A stretch of DNA of 64,000 nt from Spizellomyces punctatus DAOM BR117 (lineage: Eukaryota): assembly GCA_000182565.2 (NCBI GenBank), contig KQ257466.1; one strand, 5' to 3'. Under the pieces are notes generated by a model. It saw only the letters and a program-made list of their open reading frames with translations. It ran no database searches and was not told where the DNA came from. The translations under genes and the position numbers were made by a program. Positions 21,296 through 35,600 of this stretch are shown piece after piece (within the stretch, counting starts at the first letter, position 1; every line of letters starts with the position of its first letter).

Positions 21296-22173
21296 TTAAC
21301 AAAATATGAATATCGTGCAAAGAAACGTGCTCGCAAAAGTGTTTTAGCAGGTTGGTCTGGACAAGAAGTTTTGTTGGATTCGTTTGGATTGGCATTGCAG
21401 CTGGCTGAGTTCCGGCAGCAAAGCACGAGGTGGATTTGTCTTTGACGTTGTATCCAACAGAGCAATGAAACCACAAGGCCGTGACAGGCGAGTTGGAAGC
21501 TCATCTTGCGCTTGCCATCCTCTTCTCGATGTGGGCTTGCAAGGATGTGAACACTTAGCGTCTTTTCGTAACTTGTCTTTGCACTCTAAACTATCGGATT
21601 CCTCCTATTCAACAGCTTATCAATAGCTGAAACACAGAGTCTTCAAATGCAGTAAGGCATGTCTGGTTAAAGATTATTATAGCGTACAAAATGGAAGGAT
21701 GCTCTGGGGTGACCTAAAACATCACTGAATAACACCCATTTGCATGTAAATGTTGCGCAAGATGCATGAGTGCTTTCGATAAAGCGTCACCAGGGAACAT
21801 CATACTGGTGCTGAAAAGCGGTGCTCAACATGCTGTTTGCAAGTTTCAAGTGAAATCTACGGCATGGTTAACGCCTCAAAACCTGTGATCTACGGATGTT
21901 GGTATGTACATCAACCAGAAAGTCTTTCGGAGAAAGTTCATGCCAACCGTTCCAGCCCCGTACCGATCTATGGATTCCTTGAGTATTCAAACCAAATGTC
22001 TGCAATATCGGTTGGACAAACGTTGGAAAACACATCCCAAACCAGAAGTGTCAAACGATGGGATGTATCACGTGATGGGCATTACGATGTAACACTTTCC
22101 CCAGGCTAGACAAAAACTCCAGCCCATGTTGGTTCGTCACTCGTTTGGCGACCGTCCATTCACAAATTGCAAC

Positions 22174-24257
22174 ATGTCGAAGCAGGGACCACTGAAGCGA
22201 AAATCCAAGGGTGTTCTTCCCGACAATGCTCTTTCAATTACAGAGCGCATCTTTTATCAGTCGGCACCAGGTCGACCACAGGTGACGTACGGAAGGGCAA
22301 GGGCATCTTCAGGGATTTGTATTAACAGTCATCTTCTCGGTCTCGTCTATACAACAATGGGTTCCTCCAGGTCATAATGTCCTTTCTGTTGCGCCTACAC
22401 CTTCCACCGCAAACGCCAGACGTATCAATCCCACGGCTCGTCGACCTACTCAAGCTAGCTGCCTCCGAACACTATCGCTTGACATCTTTTGTAGATCCTA
22501 CCACACTCACCGTTCGCCCGTTGGGGGAAACTGCGGCAGATTTCAAGCCAGAATATCGTGTGGTAGCTCGGGAGGATCATGACACGTGGAGAAACGTCTT
22601 TTGTGATGAGATGAACATAAATTTCGACACCAACGATGTTACGAAACCTCTTTGGAGGACGGTTATAATTGCGCACAAGAGCGTGGCGAATGGTCAGGAT
22701 GTGGCTCCGTTGAAAGCGATAGATAGTGCAGTTGGGCTCAATGACTCAGCTTTGACGGTTCCGTCGGGAGAAGGAGAAACGGAGACTGGGTCGTCGAGTC
22801 CGAACTCGTCACACACTGTACCTAGCGCGGTAGAGTCTACGGACACACTCATTCCGGCGCAGCTCGGTCCCAACAAGATCGATACATCCCCGCTTACTTA
22901 TTCATCACACCGACTGGAAGATAAGCGTCATTTTGAGATCATTTTCTCTTTCCATCATTGCTTAGGGGATGGGCTTTCGATGTATGCTTTTGCAAAGACG
23001 TTCCTGGCGGTGTGCGATGCCGATCATTTGAACGCAAGTGATCTACGATTGGAAACGGTTGCACTGGTCACTGAGCCGCCACCATTGATTGATAATCTCT
23101 TTAATCCGTATCTGGTGCAAGTACTTCCTGGTAGGAACTGTACAGTCCCATTTAGCTGTCGGGATATTGGCCGATTGACCGCTAACTTGCATCATTTGAA
23201 AGTGGCCGCATCAATGGCAGTGAGCTTTGCGACCTCGAAAGGCCGCTCCCGCTTCAAAGGTCGTAAAGTCGATCGCATTACGGACAATACAGCTTCCCAA
23301 GCTTCATCATCAGATCCCATAACCCTAAACTCAACAGATGCTGAAACCGCTCTAAAACAAGAGTCACGACCCACCTTAACACGTCCCCTCACATTACCCA
23401 TCCCACGCCCGCTTTTAAACACATCACAAACAAACGCTCGCTTCCTTTGGTTCGATTCTGTGTTTACCGAATCTCTCAGAAAAAGAGCAAAAAGGGAGAA
23501 GACATCCATAGCGGCTGTTTTGGTGGTTGCTGCAATGGCTGCAGTTCGATCCGCATTCGAGACAATTCCCAAGTATTCCCAAGATCCATCAAAAAGGTGC
23601 CGCAAACGCCTGCCAACTCATCAAGGATGGGTAGTCACATCTACTATCCGATATCTGCTACCGGGATCGCGCCTCTTGCAAGGTGGCGACAGAGCAACCG
23701 ATCCTGCCATGCAAATATTTGGTGGATATAGTGGAAGTGTCATGAATTCGGCTCATCGATGTACCGACAGCGACACGTTCTGGGGGAGAGTTCGGTCAGT
23801 GCGGAGACGGATAGCGCAAAGTCAGCGATCAAGCGTGGCTCGACTTCAATTGGTAAATTGGTGTTTCCGCCATAAATCATTGTGGAAACGTATAAATGAG
23901 AGCACAGATCTCTCCAAACTTTCGCGATCCTATTCTGTAGAAGTAGCGAATTTGGGTGCTTGGGATTATCCTATTGCTTCACCACGACATAAATCACAGG
24001 ACGACCCTAGAGCAGTATTATCTCATTTTGCAGGATTAGTGAATTCCTCCTTTGACGGCGTACGCGGTTTGTTTACGTTAGGTGTGATCACACTGGGTGG
24101 TGATATGAGCGTTGGCGTAGGTTATGATAAGCATTCAGTGAGTGAAGCTGATGCAGACGCCTTTGTCACTGCATTTGAAAGATGCATGCGCAAGTTAGTG
24201 CTTGATGATAATGGACAAAAGAGTAGAGTTACAGTTGGGGAGCTACGAAAGTCTTGA
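22174..24257 (+). CDS. CoA-dependent acyltransferase, alcohol acetyltransferase/condensation-like fold
   Basis: HHxxxDG motif (FHHCLGDGLS), PLWR, late VANLG motif; introns near 22282-22370 and ~23131-23201. Confidence 0.75.
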
Positions 24258-25127
24258 TTGTAAAATAGATGACATAGATCTCTTTCCTGCGTTGGACTGA
24301 CTGACGCTCAACAGTCTTGTTGAATTAAAAAAGAAAAACCAAAAAACCATTCATAAACTGAATCCGTTGCACTTAAACAAGTTGGCTTGTCGTGTTTTCT
24401 TTGATGACACAAATCGACTTTAAATGCTTTTAATGTCTTTTTGAATTTTTTTTAGAGGGAAACTAAACGTGGGGTTTCTATGGCGAGAGTTTTGGCCTGA
24501 GACGTAGCAGGCTTTTTGGTTGAAAAGGTTTCTAGTGTTTTCAACAAACACACACAAACTATACTTGTTTGTGCAGGAACACAGTTGGGGAGAGTTTGAG
24601 GCTAGATACGCAGCAACTACTACTACACACACACGCACAAGGTCAAGAACGCCGCTACCTTTTTTTCACCAGGGAGGACCGGTCCGCGTTGGTTGAGAGA
24701 ACCAGGACTACGCCAAAAGCTAAAACGAGGTAGGTCATGCCATTTCACTATGCATGGCACATGCTGTACTCGCATGAGCGACACTGGGCATTGTTGGAAC
24801 AGGGGACACGGAGTTTCAAGACGTGTTGCCAACGAACAGGACTGGGAACAGTGGGGACGGCGGGCATACTTGTAGCAGGGAGTGAAAGGTTTTCTGCCGT
24901 GAGTAAATCTGGTCGACCTCAGTGAGCGGGTTGTCGGACGATTAGTTGTCCTATGCCTCACTGGTCTTCATATACGCTAGCCAAGCTAGAAAGAGAGCTG
25001 CGCAGGAGGTTGAGAGTGACCTATACTGTCTTTTCTGTGGGGACTGGTGCTAGCCGACGACCAAAACAGTCGTAGCTGAGCATTAGACGCTGGGATCTAA
25101 CGTATCTACTCTGATTCTCCCATCAGG

Positions 25128-28100
25128 ATGAGCGACTTTGACAGCCTTCCATTAACATCCTCCGAAACCTTCACACCAATACGCTCGGAAACACCATTAA
25201 CCGACCCATTCGACTCTGACTCCTCTCTATCTGACATATCGGATGCGCATGGTGAGGATGATGACCTGGATGATGGCCGACCGGTTACCGCCAGTATCAA
25301 TGGGAATACGAATGGGAATGGGAATGCCATGTCACAAGACTTTCTAGATGACAATGAGGTATGATTCTTTGGGTTATCTCTCATAATGTTCTTCATCCTA
25401 ATCCATACGTTTAGTCGAACGAATCTGATGAGCTCGACGATGACGATGATGACGATGACGAAGATTTTGAGGAGACTGAAGCCCGAAAAGGAAAGTCAAA
25501 GTCAAAGAAAGGAGCTGCTACCTCCAAAAAGTCCTCTGCTGCACGTGCGGGAAACGCAAAGCCTGCTCCGTATGATAGCATTGTTATACCTATGGGTGAC
25601 AAGTCATCGATCGAGAAACTTATTTCATGGCGGACAACGGATGATGGAAGCGAGGAAATTCTTGTGAAATACAAGGTACGACTCCTGCCCATTTCTTGTT
25701 TGCCTACTTGGTCGTCGAGCTCATGCGGGATTTCCTTTCCATCTTCAAAAGAATTTGAGCTATTGCCATGCGGAATGGCTACCGCGTGCAGAGGTGGAGG
25801 GAAGCAAAATGGGAAAGATGCGTGTCAAACGCTTCATGGAGAAGCCATCGTGGGAGATGCAGTGGAGCGAGGATGAGCCTTTCAATCCATCGTTCCTCAA
25901 AGTAAGCTCATCGTCGCAAGAGATGTCCGCTTCTTTCATGCAATAATTCATTTGGTTTTTCAGATCGACCGATTGCTGGATGAAGGAGAATTAGGAGACA
26001 AGGTTTTCTATCTTGTGAAATGGTGCGCGCAAACGTACGATGCTAGCACCTGGGAGAATGCAGAAAAAGTCAAGGAGGTGCGAGATTCTTTGCTAGATTG
26101 ATCGTCCTGGTTATCGGTGCATTAATACCTTATTGTACCTCTCCATCAGCTGGACGCTGACAAGATCACAGAGTTTGCACGGCGGCGGCACCTCGATTCT
26201 GCAAAGGAGGCCAGTTATTTGGCTCCCCGTAAACGCCCGAATCCAAAGGAATGGAAAAAGTTGGACGAATCGCCATCGTGAGTATTTGATATTCGATGCT
26301 TTCTCTCCCTTAGGTCAGAGCTAATCCTACTTGGCTCCATAGATACAAAAATGACATGCAACTTCGGCCATACCAACTAGAAGGTTTGAACTGGCTCCTA
26401 TTCTGGTAAATCGTTTGGGTTCTTTTTCGATATTTTTATAGAAAAGAATACTGACGCGGCACCTTTACCAGCTGGTACAACAGACAAAATAGTATTTTGG
26501 CGGACGAAATGGGGTAAGTGGTGCCCGACAATCGGTATTCTCATTTCTTAGTCAACGTCTAATTGACCAAACTTTTTAGGCTGGGAAAAACTGTGCAATC
26601 TACCGTCTTTCTGGACTATCTCTACACCAAGGAGAGATTCTGCGGACCGTTCCTGATCGTCACTCCACTTTCAACCATCGGTAACTGGGAACGGGAAATC
26701 AAAACCTGGACAGAGTTGAATGTTGTCGTATACCACGGCCGAGATATATCCCGAAAGCTCATCGAAGAGACAGAGTTTTATTATAGGGACTCTCAGGGGC
26801 ACATCATTCCGGACATATACAAGTTCGATATCATTCTGACAACATACGAGATGGCAATGGCTGGTGCCTCACACTTGCGACCCATAGCATGGCGATGTGT
26901 CGTTTTGGATGAGGCGCATCGTCTCAAGAATAAGACGTCAAAAGTGTCGGAAATTCTAAAGACATATAGGATGGACCACCGAGTTCTTTTGACTGGAACG
27001 CCATTGCAGAATTCTTTGGATGAGCTGTGGGCGTTGCTCAATTTCCTGCAACCCGATAGATTCGGGTCTGAGAGCGATTTCCAGAGGGAGTATGGAAGTT
27101 TGAGCAGCGCAGCTGATGTGGAGAAACTGCAAGGACTACTCAAACCACTTATGCTACGTCGAATGAAGGAAGACGTTGAAAAATCTCTTCCCGTCAAGGA
27201 AGAAACGATCATTGAGGTGGAGTTAACCACGACGCAGAAGAAATGGTACCGATCAATTTTGGAAAAGAACTTCACTTGGCTGAAACAAGGGACGAAGAAA
27301 ACTAATGTTCCAAACCTCATTAACACCATGATCGAGCTCCGCAAGTGTTGTATACACCCGTTTTTGTTGAAAGGTGCCGAAGACCAGATTATGAGGGAAA
27401 GAGGAGGGGATACCGTAGAGCACCACTTTCAAGCTCTCGTACAAGCTTCAGGGAAGATGGTTCTTATTGACAAGTTGTTGACAAAGCTGAAAGCTGGCGG
27501 ACACAAAGTCTTGATATTCTCGCAGATGACACGTTGTCTGGATCTTATACAGGACTATCTCCGGGGTCGCCAATGGCATTTCGAGCGTATCGATGGTGGT
27601 GTACGTGGAGATTTGCGGCAGGCAGCTATTGATCGGTTTTCAGCACCGGATAGTGACACTTTCATCTTCTTGCTCTGTACTCGCGCTGGTGGTGTGGGAA
27701 TCAACCTTACAGCTGCAGATACCTGCATCATCTTTGATAGGTAGGTTGAAATGGAGCAACTCCAATTAGCGCGGCCATGACGTGTACCTGATCGTTCTGT
27801 TTCCCCTCTCAGTGACTGGAATCCGCAGAACGACTTGCAAGCACAAAGTCGAGTGCATCGAATTGGTCAAAAGAGGCCAGTACAAATATATAGACTAATA
27901 ACCCGCAATACCTACGAGCGCGAAATGTTTGATCGCGCCAGTATGAAGCTAGGTCTTGATCGAGCAATCTTACAAAGAATGGATGCTCAATCGCTTGGGG
28001 AATCTGGGCTCGACGGTCTGGATACCTCGAAACCACCATCTTCGCTGTCCAAAACGGAAATCGAAGAATTGCTGAAGAAGGGTGCTTATGGTGCTATGTT

Positions 28101-31100
28101 GGACGATGATGCAAGTAATCAGTTCTGCGATGAAGATATTGATAGCATTTTATCACGACGGACCCATGTCATCAAGCATGATACTACTACACAGTCAGAA
28201 AAAGGCTCAATATTCTCCAAAGCCACTTTCTCGGCATCAAATGCCGACAACGTTGACGTCAATGATCCCGATTTCTGGGATAAAATGGCTGAAAGGGCCA
28301 AACTGGAAGTAGTCGAAATAACGCCAGAAGCGGACCTGATTCTTGATTTACCGCGACAGCGTCGTCAAGTGCAGCGATTCGGGGCGGTATCAAGAGGGAG
28401 CCCTTTTGAAGACGAGGACGACGGGAGCCGCGGGTCACGTTCAGACACGGTGAAACCATGGGCATTGGCTGAAAAAACGCGATTAGAGCGGGCTATGATG
28501 GTCCATGGTTTTTCTGGCTGGCAGAAGATGGTAGAGGAAGCCTTACCGAGACGTGCGGTTGAGGATGTCAAAGCATGCGCTAGAGCAATGGTCATTCACG
28601 GGTTGAAGGTCACCTCCTACTCGGAAGCAGAACTGATTAACGATGTCAAAGCTGCTCTTGCACAGGAAACGGGAGATATTCTGGATGATACCAATTACGT
28701 GATACCTGAGATCCCCTACGAAGGTGCTACAAGACGCCAAATTGCAGAGTATCGTTCCTTCTTGCTTGATGCCCCACCGGAATACCATGAGCATCTTGAA
28801 AAGAGGGCTAAAAATATGCTCTCTAGAATCGCCATGATGTTCTGCATTCGCGAAAAGATAAAACCCACAAAAGACATGAAGATGCCGCGCGTCGTTGGAG
28901 CGCCTCCTGCACCTTGGTGGGGATTAGTTCAAGATCGAGATTTGATAATCGGGATATCGAAATATGGGTACCAGCAATACGATAGAATACGTATGGATCC
29001 TGAGCTATGTTTCTTCTCGCAAACTTTTGCGGATCTTCCCGCTGCGGACACGAATGGTGATGTGGAACTGGGCATCGATAGAAAGGACGATAAAGACAAT
29101 GTGGATCCGGATGATGTGGACGACGTTGTAGATGAAAATGGTCGATTTCCAGCTGCCGACACACCAGGTTCAGAAAATGCATCAGGAACCGCTACCCCGT
29201 CATTCGATGCAACTGAACAAGCCGGCAACAATGGACTGCACTTCCCATCACCTAGTGACCTCGGTTTCCGCTTGAGACGCATAATGGCCGCATTTCAAAA
29301 GGAATTGAATTCAGCTGCTCGAGAGGAGGCCAAGCGTCAACAAGCTGAAGAGCGCACTCGATTGAGGCAAGAGAAGGAGCAGGAGAAGATTCGTGCCAGA
29401 GAACATGACCTGACACGAAAGGAAAGACAAGAATTCTTGCGGACTCTCATGTCCTTTGGTGTGGAGACTCTGCCAGGATCTCCTGGTGTCCGTGATTGGA
29501 AACGCTTCAAGGAGCTGTCAAACTTGCGAAAATCTCCTGAAGTCTTGGAAGATCACTTTATTAAGCTAATGGCCATATGCGACGATGTCATTCGCTGCAC
29601 GGAACTAGCTGCGATGCAGAATGGAACGAATGGATTATCCCTTGGCGATGCAGAAGAAGCGCTGGAAGCCTCGATTAGAGAAAAGGACCCCGATATCACC
29701 TATGATAAGGCAAAAAAGTTGCTTAAGCGACTTGATCAGATGCGGATACTGCGTGAACAGGTTTTACCCCATCCTCAGGTATGCGATTTCTTGAAGATCT
29801 AAATGTTGCGTTTGTCCCGGCTCTGACTTTAGTTCTACGCTTTAGCTTGATGACCGTTTGGCAATACTGAAACGTCATGGTCGATCAGGATTGCCGAGGT
29901 AAGTCAAAGGAGAGCGTTTGTTCTTGGGCTGAAAAGATATCAATGCGTACTTTGGTTGCAGCTGGTGGTCATCCGAGTATGATAAGCACTTCCTGCTCGG
30001 AATAGCCAAATGGGGTCTTAACAGAAGCGATCTCATCATGGAAGGTGAGTAGCAAACCTCAGGCCAAACTTTGTGACAATTTTGTAACATTATCCTCCTC
30101 CATCAGATCCGACATCGGCGTTCTTCCCTCTCCATCAAGAGTTCCTTCAGTCGCTCGAGGTTCGCCGCGCCGAAAATATATCTAGAGACGAGCTCGTTGA
30201 CGGCAAATGGGAGGAAAAATTCTGGATGAGAGAGCCTGTGGCACTACGGCGCTTTGAGGCTCTTTTGGAGGCTGCGTTGAAGGAACCCCCACCAAAGTCG
30301 CAGAAAAAGCATGGGCGGAGGTCAAAAGCATCGTCGCCGGACCGCATGTACGATGACTTAATGCAATCTCCAAAGGATTATTCCGGAAAATCCGTCCGAC
30401 TGAAGCTCAAAGTTGGCTACAGCCCTTACATGGACGATGATATACCACCGGAAGAGACACCTTCTCAAAAACGAAAGCGTACCGCGTCACGGGAAGACAG
30501 CGGAGGACGGAAGAGAGCAAAGGGCCGTGTAAAGGAAGAGGATGACCTAAGTGGGGATGATACCGATGAGATGTTGCAAGCGGCCCGTAAGAGGACTGAT
30601 AAGAAAAAGAAGAAACGACGAGAGGTGGAAGAGTTCGATGCCCCGGAGATGGAAGGCGAGGAGTATGATGTGGCATGGGAGTCTCCACGCCCACACAAAA
30701 GTCACCGATCCACCCCTACCGGGAGCGACCGAAAAAGGAAAAAACATCGGAAATCTGAGCGGCATAGCCTCACGTTTGGAGAATATGAAGGCGCTCATGT
30801 GAAAAGCGATGCTGAAGACTCTATGGATGATACGCGAAAGCGGCATCGTCGAAGTAAGCACGACAAGTCCGAGAAACGGAAAAAGCACAGGCACAAGAGT
30901 TCTACACATCCAGAGCTGGAAACGGAGGAACTCTCTGAGCGACATTCACGTAAACGCTCAAAGTCACATAACGACTACCCAACGGACGCTGCTGTGGATC
31001 CGATGGAAACCTCACAACGATCCAGATATTCCATAGATTATCTTGAACAACATGCTGTCACGACGGGACCAGCAGACGTTGAACAGTTTGGGGACCCTAT

Positions 31101-31131
31101 ATTTGATAGCGATGCCGGCGAAGATCTTTGA
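25128..31131 (+). CDS. CHD-family SNF2 chromatin remodeler, CHD6-9/Kismet-like (multi-exon)
   Basis: Two chromodomains, [73 protein letters not shown] and LLKKGAYG. Confidence 0.93.
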
Positions 31132-31377
31132 ACATGTGGTTTCGCTTGCAGTGAAGGGGGGTGGAACGTGTGTTGGAGGTGGACTGTTAGTATTCCGGAG
31201 CACTGTGTATAGCTTTTTAGAGTGGAGAGAGTGGGGCACCAAGTGTCAAATATATGGCTTGATATGTTACGGATATACTTTTGATGGAACGAACGTGTCC
31301 TAATGGATATTTGGCTGAAGTGATGGAAAAGCACTCAAGTTTGCAATGCCAACGCAACCTCATTTGATAGCGATTGT

Positions 31378-32417
31378 CTATGATTCTCTCTTTTTTCTAC
31401 CCTCCCTCTCTCGACAGCCATCCGCTAGCCGATGAGCTGGGTCAAATCCACATGCTTGTAACGGGTTGACTAATGCAGGGTTTGGAATTGTATTATCTAT
31501 TGCTCCTAATGAAGTGTATCTATAAGAAATAACAAGCGATTAGTGATGGTCGTGTGGTCAATGAGCCCATTAGCATCAACTAACCCAAGATCGTATAAAA
31601 TACAGTATGGGATTCTAAGATTTGCTAGTCCTTTCCAGATGTCTGCGTAATTCCAGTCCAGGATGGGATGTACACGCATGAGTGTCGGCCAATCCGGATC
31701 TGTCATCTGAAATGGCTGCAAGTGTTCTAATGCAAACAGAGCGTAAGAATGTCACTTGGTCTGGACTGTGACTGACTGTTTATGCTAACCTCCAAAAGGA
31801 TCTGTTCGTCTTGTTCCTACCAACATTGCCTTCGTCTCTGGATATCGATCTAGAAAGACTTGCAGCCCAGCCCGCATGGGTCCGTACATTTTTACCAGTT
31901 CCAGATTGTATCTAGAGGTAACAAAGTTATTGTCAATGTCTGGTCAAGGTGGACAGCTACCATCGGGCACTTACCGGTCGACGCAGAACTCTACAAAATC
32001 GTCGACCTCTGGAAACGAATTTGTGTAGGCAACATAGAGTGTCTTTATTTTTGTTCGCTTTCCACTGGGATTTTCTCGTTCGTACGCTTGTCGTGCTGCA
32101 TATAGCAAGTGCAGGAGAACTGTACAGTCTTTTCCTCCGTTGAAACTGAGCGCCACATTGTCTGGCCTAGCATAGTGGAGAGCAAATGTCAGGACAAGCA
32201 AGAAGATAAATGAAAGGGTACCAAAAGCTCACCCATATCGTTTTAGAGCCTCCTTTATGATTTTAAAGGACTCGTCCACTTTTTGAGCTCCCTCTAGGTT
32301 ACCAACAAGTACCCGCTCCACATCTTCTAACGGCGCGAAAGACTCAGGATGGTCCGAGACGACCGCATACCTATGCCCGTTCACGCACACCCGTTTGGCT
32401 TGTGCGTATTCGTTCAT
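31378..32417 (-). CDS. FAD1: FAD synthetase (PAPS-reductase family), multi-exon
   Basis: [42 protein letters not shown] and terminal EREGR. Confidence 0.92.
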
Positions 32418-32648
32418 GCAGTTTGCCGATGCAAAGGCGACTTTCTCCCCCTACTGACCCTGCTGCATTTACAATTTCGGGAGATCTCAAAACACTTTTG
32501 GAGGTGCTCGAAGTCTAGTCACGTGATATGGTTGAGTCAGCAAACTCGCCGCGACGATCGACGCTTTCCAGCAGCTTGTACTTAAGATCGTCCCATGATC
32601 TGCGGGGACTAGTTTCTTCCACGCGCAAAAGCCTAAATAAGTTGGCAG

Positions 32649-35600
32649 ATGTCGTTGTTTAGTAATTTTGGTTTGTCCCGGTCTGAAGCACCGGGACCAA
32701 AGAGGTCATTCTCAACGCCACTGAACAGCCCACTTAGCAATATGGCATCTGCCCCCGCAAAGGAACCTCGCCCGTCACCTTCTGCTGATAACTTGGCGTC
32801 GTTGAAAAAGACTGCCATACATGAAAATCCTCTTGACGAGGTTCTCGAGTCTGAGCATCCGTGGACCGTGCGGGATATCGGGATAAATGCTATATCGGTA
32901 AGAATTTACCTACAGCCAATTCTCGAACAGCACGAATGTACTCTTAAGCACAGCCGTGTTACTTCACAAGGGTATCATCAACGATCCACACGAGCAAGCA
33001 AAATCAGGACAAAAGCCATTAAAAGGCATGGATAGCATAGTCCCCGTTACGCCTGCAGTAATACGGAAGGTGCAAACTTCCGAGTTCGACCCTTACATCA
33101 AGTCGCTTGCGGACGTGTTCGGGAAGTATCAACTAAACCGAGCTGTGGGATTGGCCACAGCAACGGAGGGTATGCCCATGTTAGGCAGCGTAGACCAGCC
33201 GTCACCGTCCTTCGCCAACCTCGAAGAATTGACGTCGCGACTGGGCGTGGCGGGAACCGAGAAACGAGGGTCATCCGGACTATCTGCAAACCAAAAGAAC
33301 AGGCTACGAAATGCAAATGTTGTTTCCCTTGACACTGTTCCCTCTATATTTCTAGAGCCCGAATTCAACCTGAGCAATCCGCACACTTTTGCCACTGTTT
33401 GTGAGAACGTCGATATCACGTCCGCAACCAGCTCTGAGTCGACTACAACCAATGGAATTTTGCAAGAGAAGTTGTCACATTATCTGGATACCGTGGAAGT
33501 GCACCTAATTAGGGAGATTTCGCGACGATCATCCTCGTTCTTTGCGGCACTAGCAAACCTTCAAGCCCTCCATCATGAGACGCAGTCGTGCGTAGCGCAA
33601 ATCAAAGGTCTTCGGGAGAAATTGGCCGGAGTATCGCGGACGACGACAAAGAAAGGGTTAGAAGTGGTGCGCTTGAAACGAAGAAGAGGCAATCTTGGGG
33701 TGCTATACGGGGGAGTGAAGCTGGTAGCGGAGATACGGCAATCGCAACCGATGATACAAAGCTTGTTGGATCATGGTGACTTTGTAGCGGCACTGGATAT
33801 GGTTGAGCATGCCAGTTTGGTGCTGCGGGGGCTTGATGTGCACGGAAAAGCTTCTAACGCCACTCAAGAACAATCTGCACTCACCCACGGCGTCAGATTG
33901 GTGCGTAGTACTTCAATAGTGTCGCAGGCTCTGGACCTCAGACGGGTCAAAGCCCTGGCCAGTTTTAGTGCTCAGCTAGGACACCTTGCACGAACGATTG
34001 GTACGATGATGGAAAATGAGCTGGCAAAAGTGATTTTGGCGGACGTCCAGGAGACTGTGGCCACCATGGACGCCTCAAAAATTTCACCGGGAATCAAAAA
34101 AGCACCGGCATCGAACTGGGTTCATAATATGCTCAACAACAAGTACTCCTTTAATGTATCCTCCCCTGTAACACCATCATTTGACCAAAGTCTAACTGTG
34201 GACGAAGAACGATTGAAAAGTCGCTTGCTACCACTGGTACTTGGACTCTTGCGAATGGACAGGCTCGGAAGCGCACTGCAGCTGTACAAAGACGCTCTCT
34301 TGAAAGAGGTGAAGACCATGTCCAAGAAGGTAAAGATTGAACGCCGTTGGCTTTGATGACTATAGGTGTCAGGGTGATTTATCAAGATCTTTGAATGTTC
34401 ACAGTACTATCCCCCTGTGTTGGCGCTTGATTCAATCTCAGGCTTGTCGCCCATGGCTTCATCTCCTATGACTCCAAACACCGAAAACAGTCAACAGCAA
34501 AGGTACAGCTGTTCCGCGCCTTAACTCCAACAGCAAAATACTTATTCTATTGTTCAGCCCACTGGCACGGCAGCTTCGCTCGATGACTTTCGATGCATTT
34601 TTTGACCTTCTCCTTATGGTATATGTCACCCTCCTGCACGTCTTACAGCGAGTCGCGATTGTCCACCAAATCATCGTAGTAATAGTAAAGGAAGCGCAAG
34701 AGCGTGGGGTAGTGATAGGTGCCGATAGCGGGAAACTGCTCGAAACAAGTCCTTCAGAGTCCGTTTCTGATCATCCAAATAAATTGAAAAAGAAATTGAG
34801 TGAGGAGGAGGACGAGTTCGGATCCACGGCAACCTTAGATATTCAGAACGAAATGCTGATGGGTCCGTCGCCTGGCGAGAAGCAGAGCACCTCCTCAGCG
34901 GATGCTGGTGACGATGGGTCGAGTGCATCATCTACCTACGGGCAAATGATTTCCGAGTCATCCGACGTCCTTTTCTCGGCATCCGATTTGGCACATGTCC
35001 GGTGCGCCAAGCTAATAGGGGTACGTTCCGAGCAAAACGCCCAGCTCAACCCTACCGATTTCTTTCGCCTATTCGGAGCGACGTGGGAGTTCGTGGGAGG
35101 AGGGGAGGCCCTTTGCGGGCGAATGTGCTTTGGTTTAAAAGGGACGCTCCTATCTCAGGTAAGCTACTCCCTCGATTTCAGACGGTATGTTTGGAATGTT
35201 GCTCACTCTTCGACTTCCATAGGCGAAAGCTTTCATAAATCGCTTTCATGAAGAAAAGGCAAAGCAAGTAGCTCATATAGTCGAAAATGAGCAGTGGGCA
35301 CAAGCGGAGGTGCCTGAAGACTTTCAGCATCTTGTTGAGCAGTTTTTTGCCGTTAGCGTTCCGTCGTCGCCTGATAAGCATAGTTCCAGCGAAGAGTCCT
35401 TGGAGCGTCAAGAGTATGAAGATGATGGTGACATTGGGGCTCTCCGTGGCAGTGTTACGTCACCGCGGTCCTCATTGGTGGGGATGAATGCATCGTCAGG
35501 CGGAAGAAGCCAGCGATATCTCGTCATCGACGGACAGAAATATAATGTCGTCGCATGCGTCCTGCTATTTTTGAAGATGCTGACGGAATACGTTCAGTGT

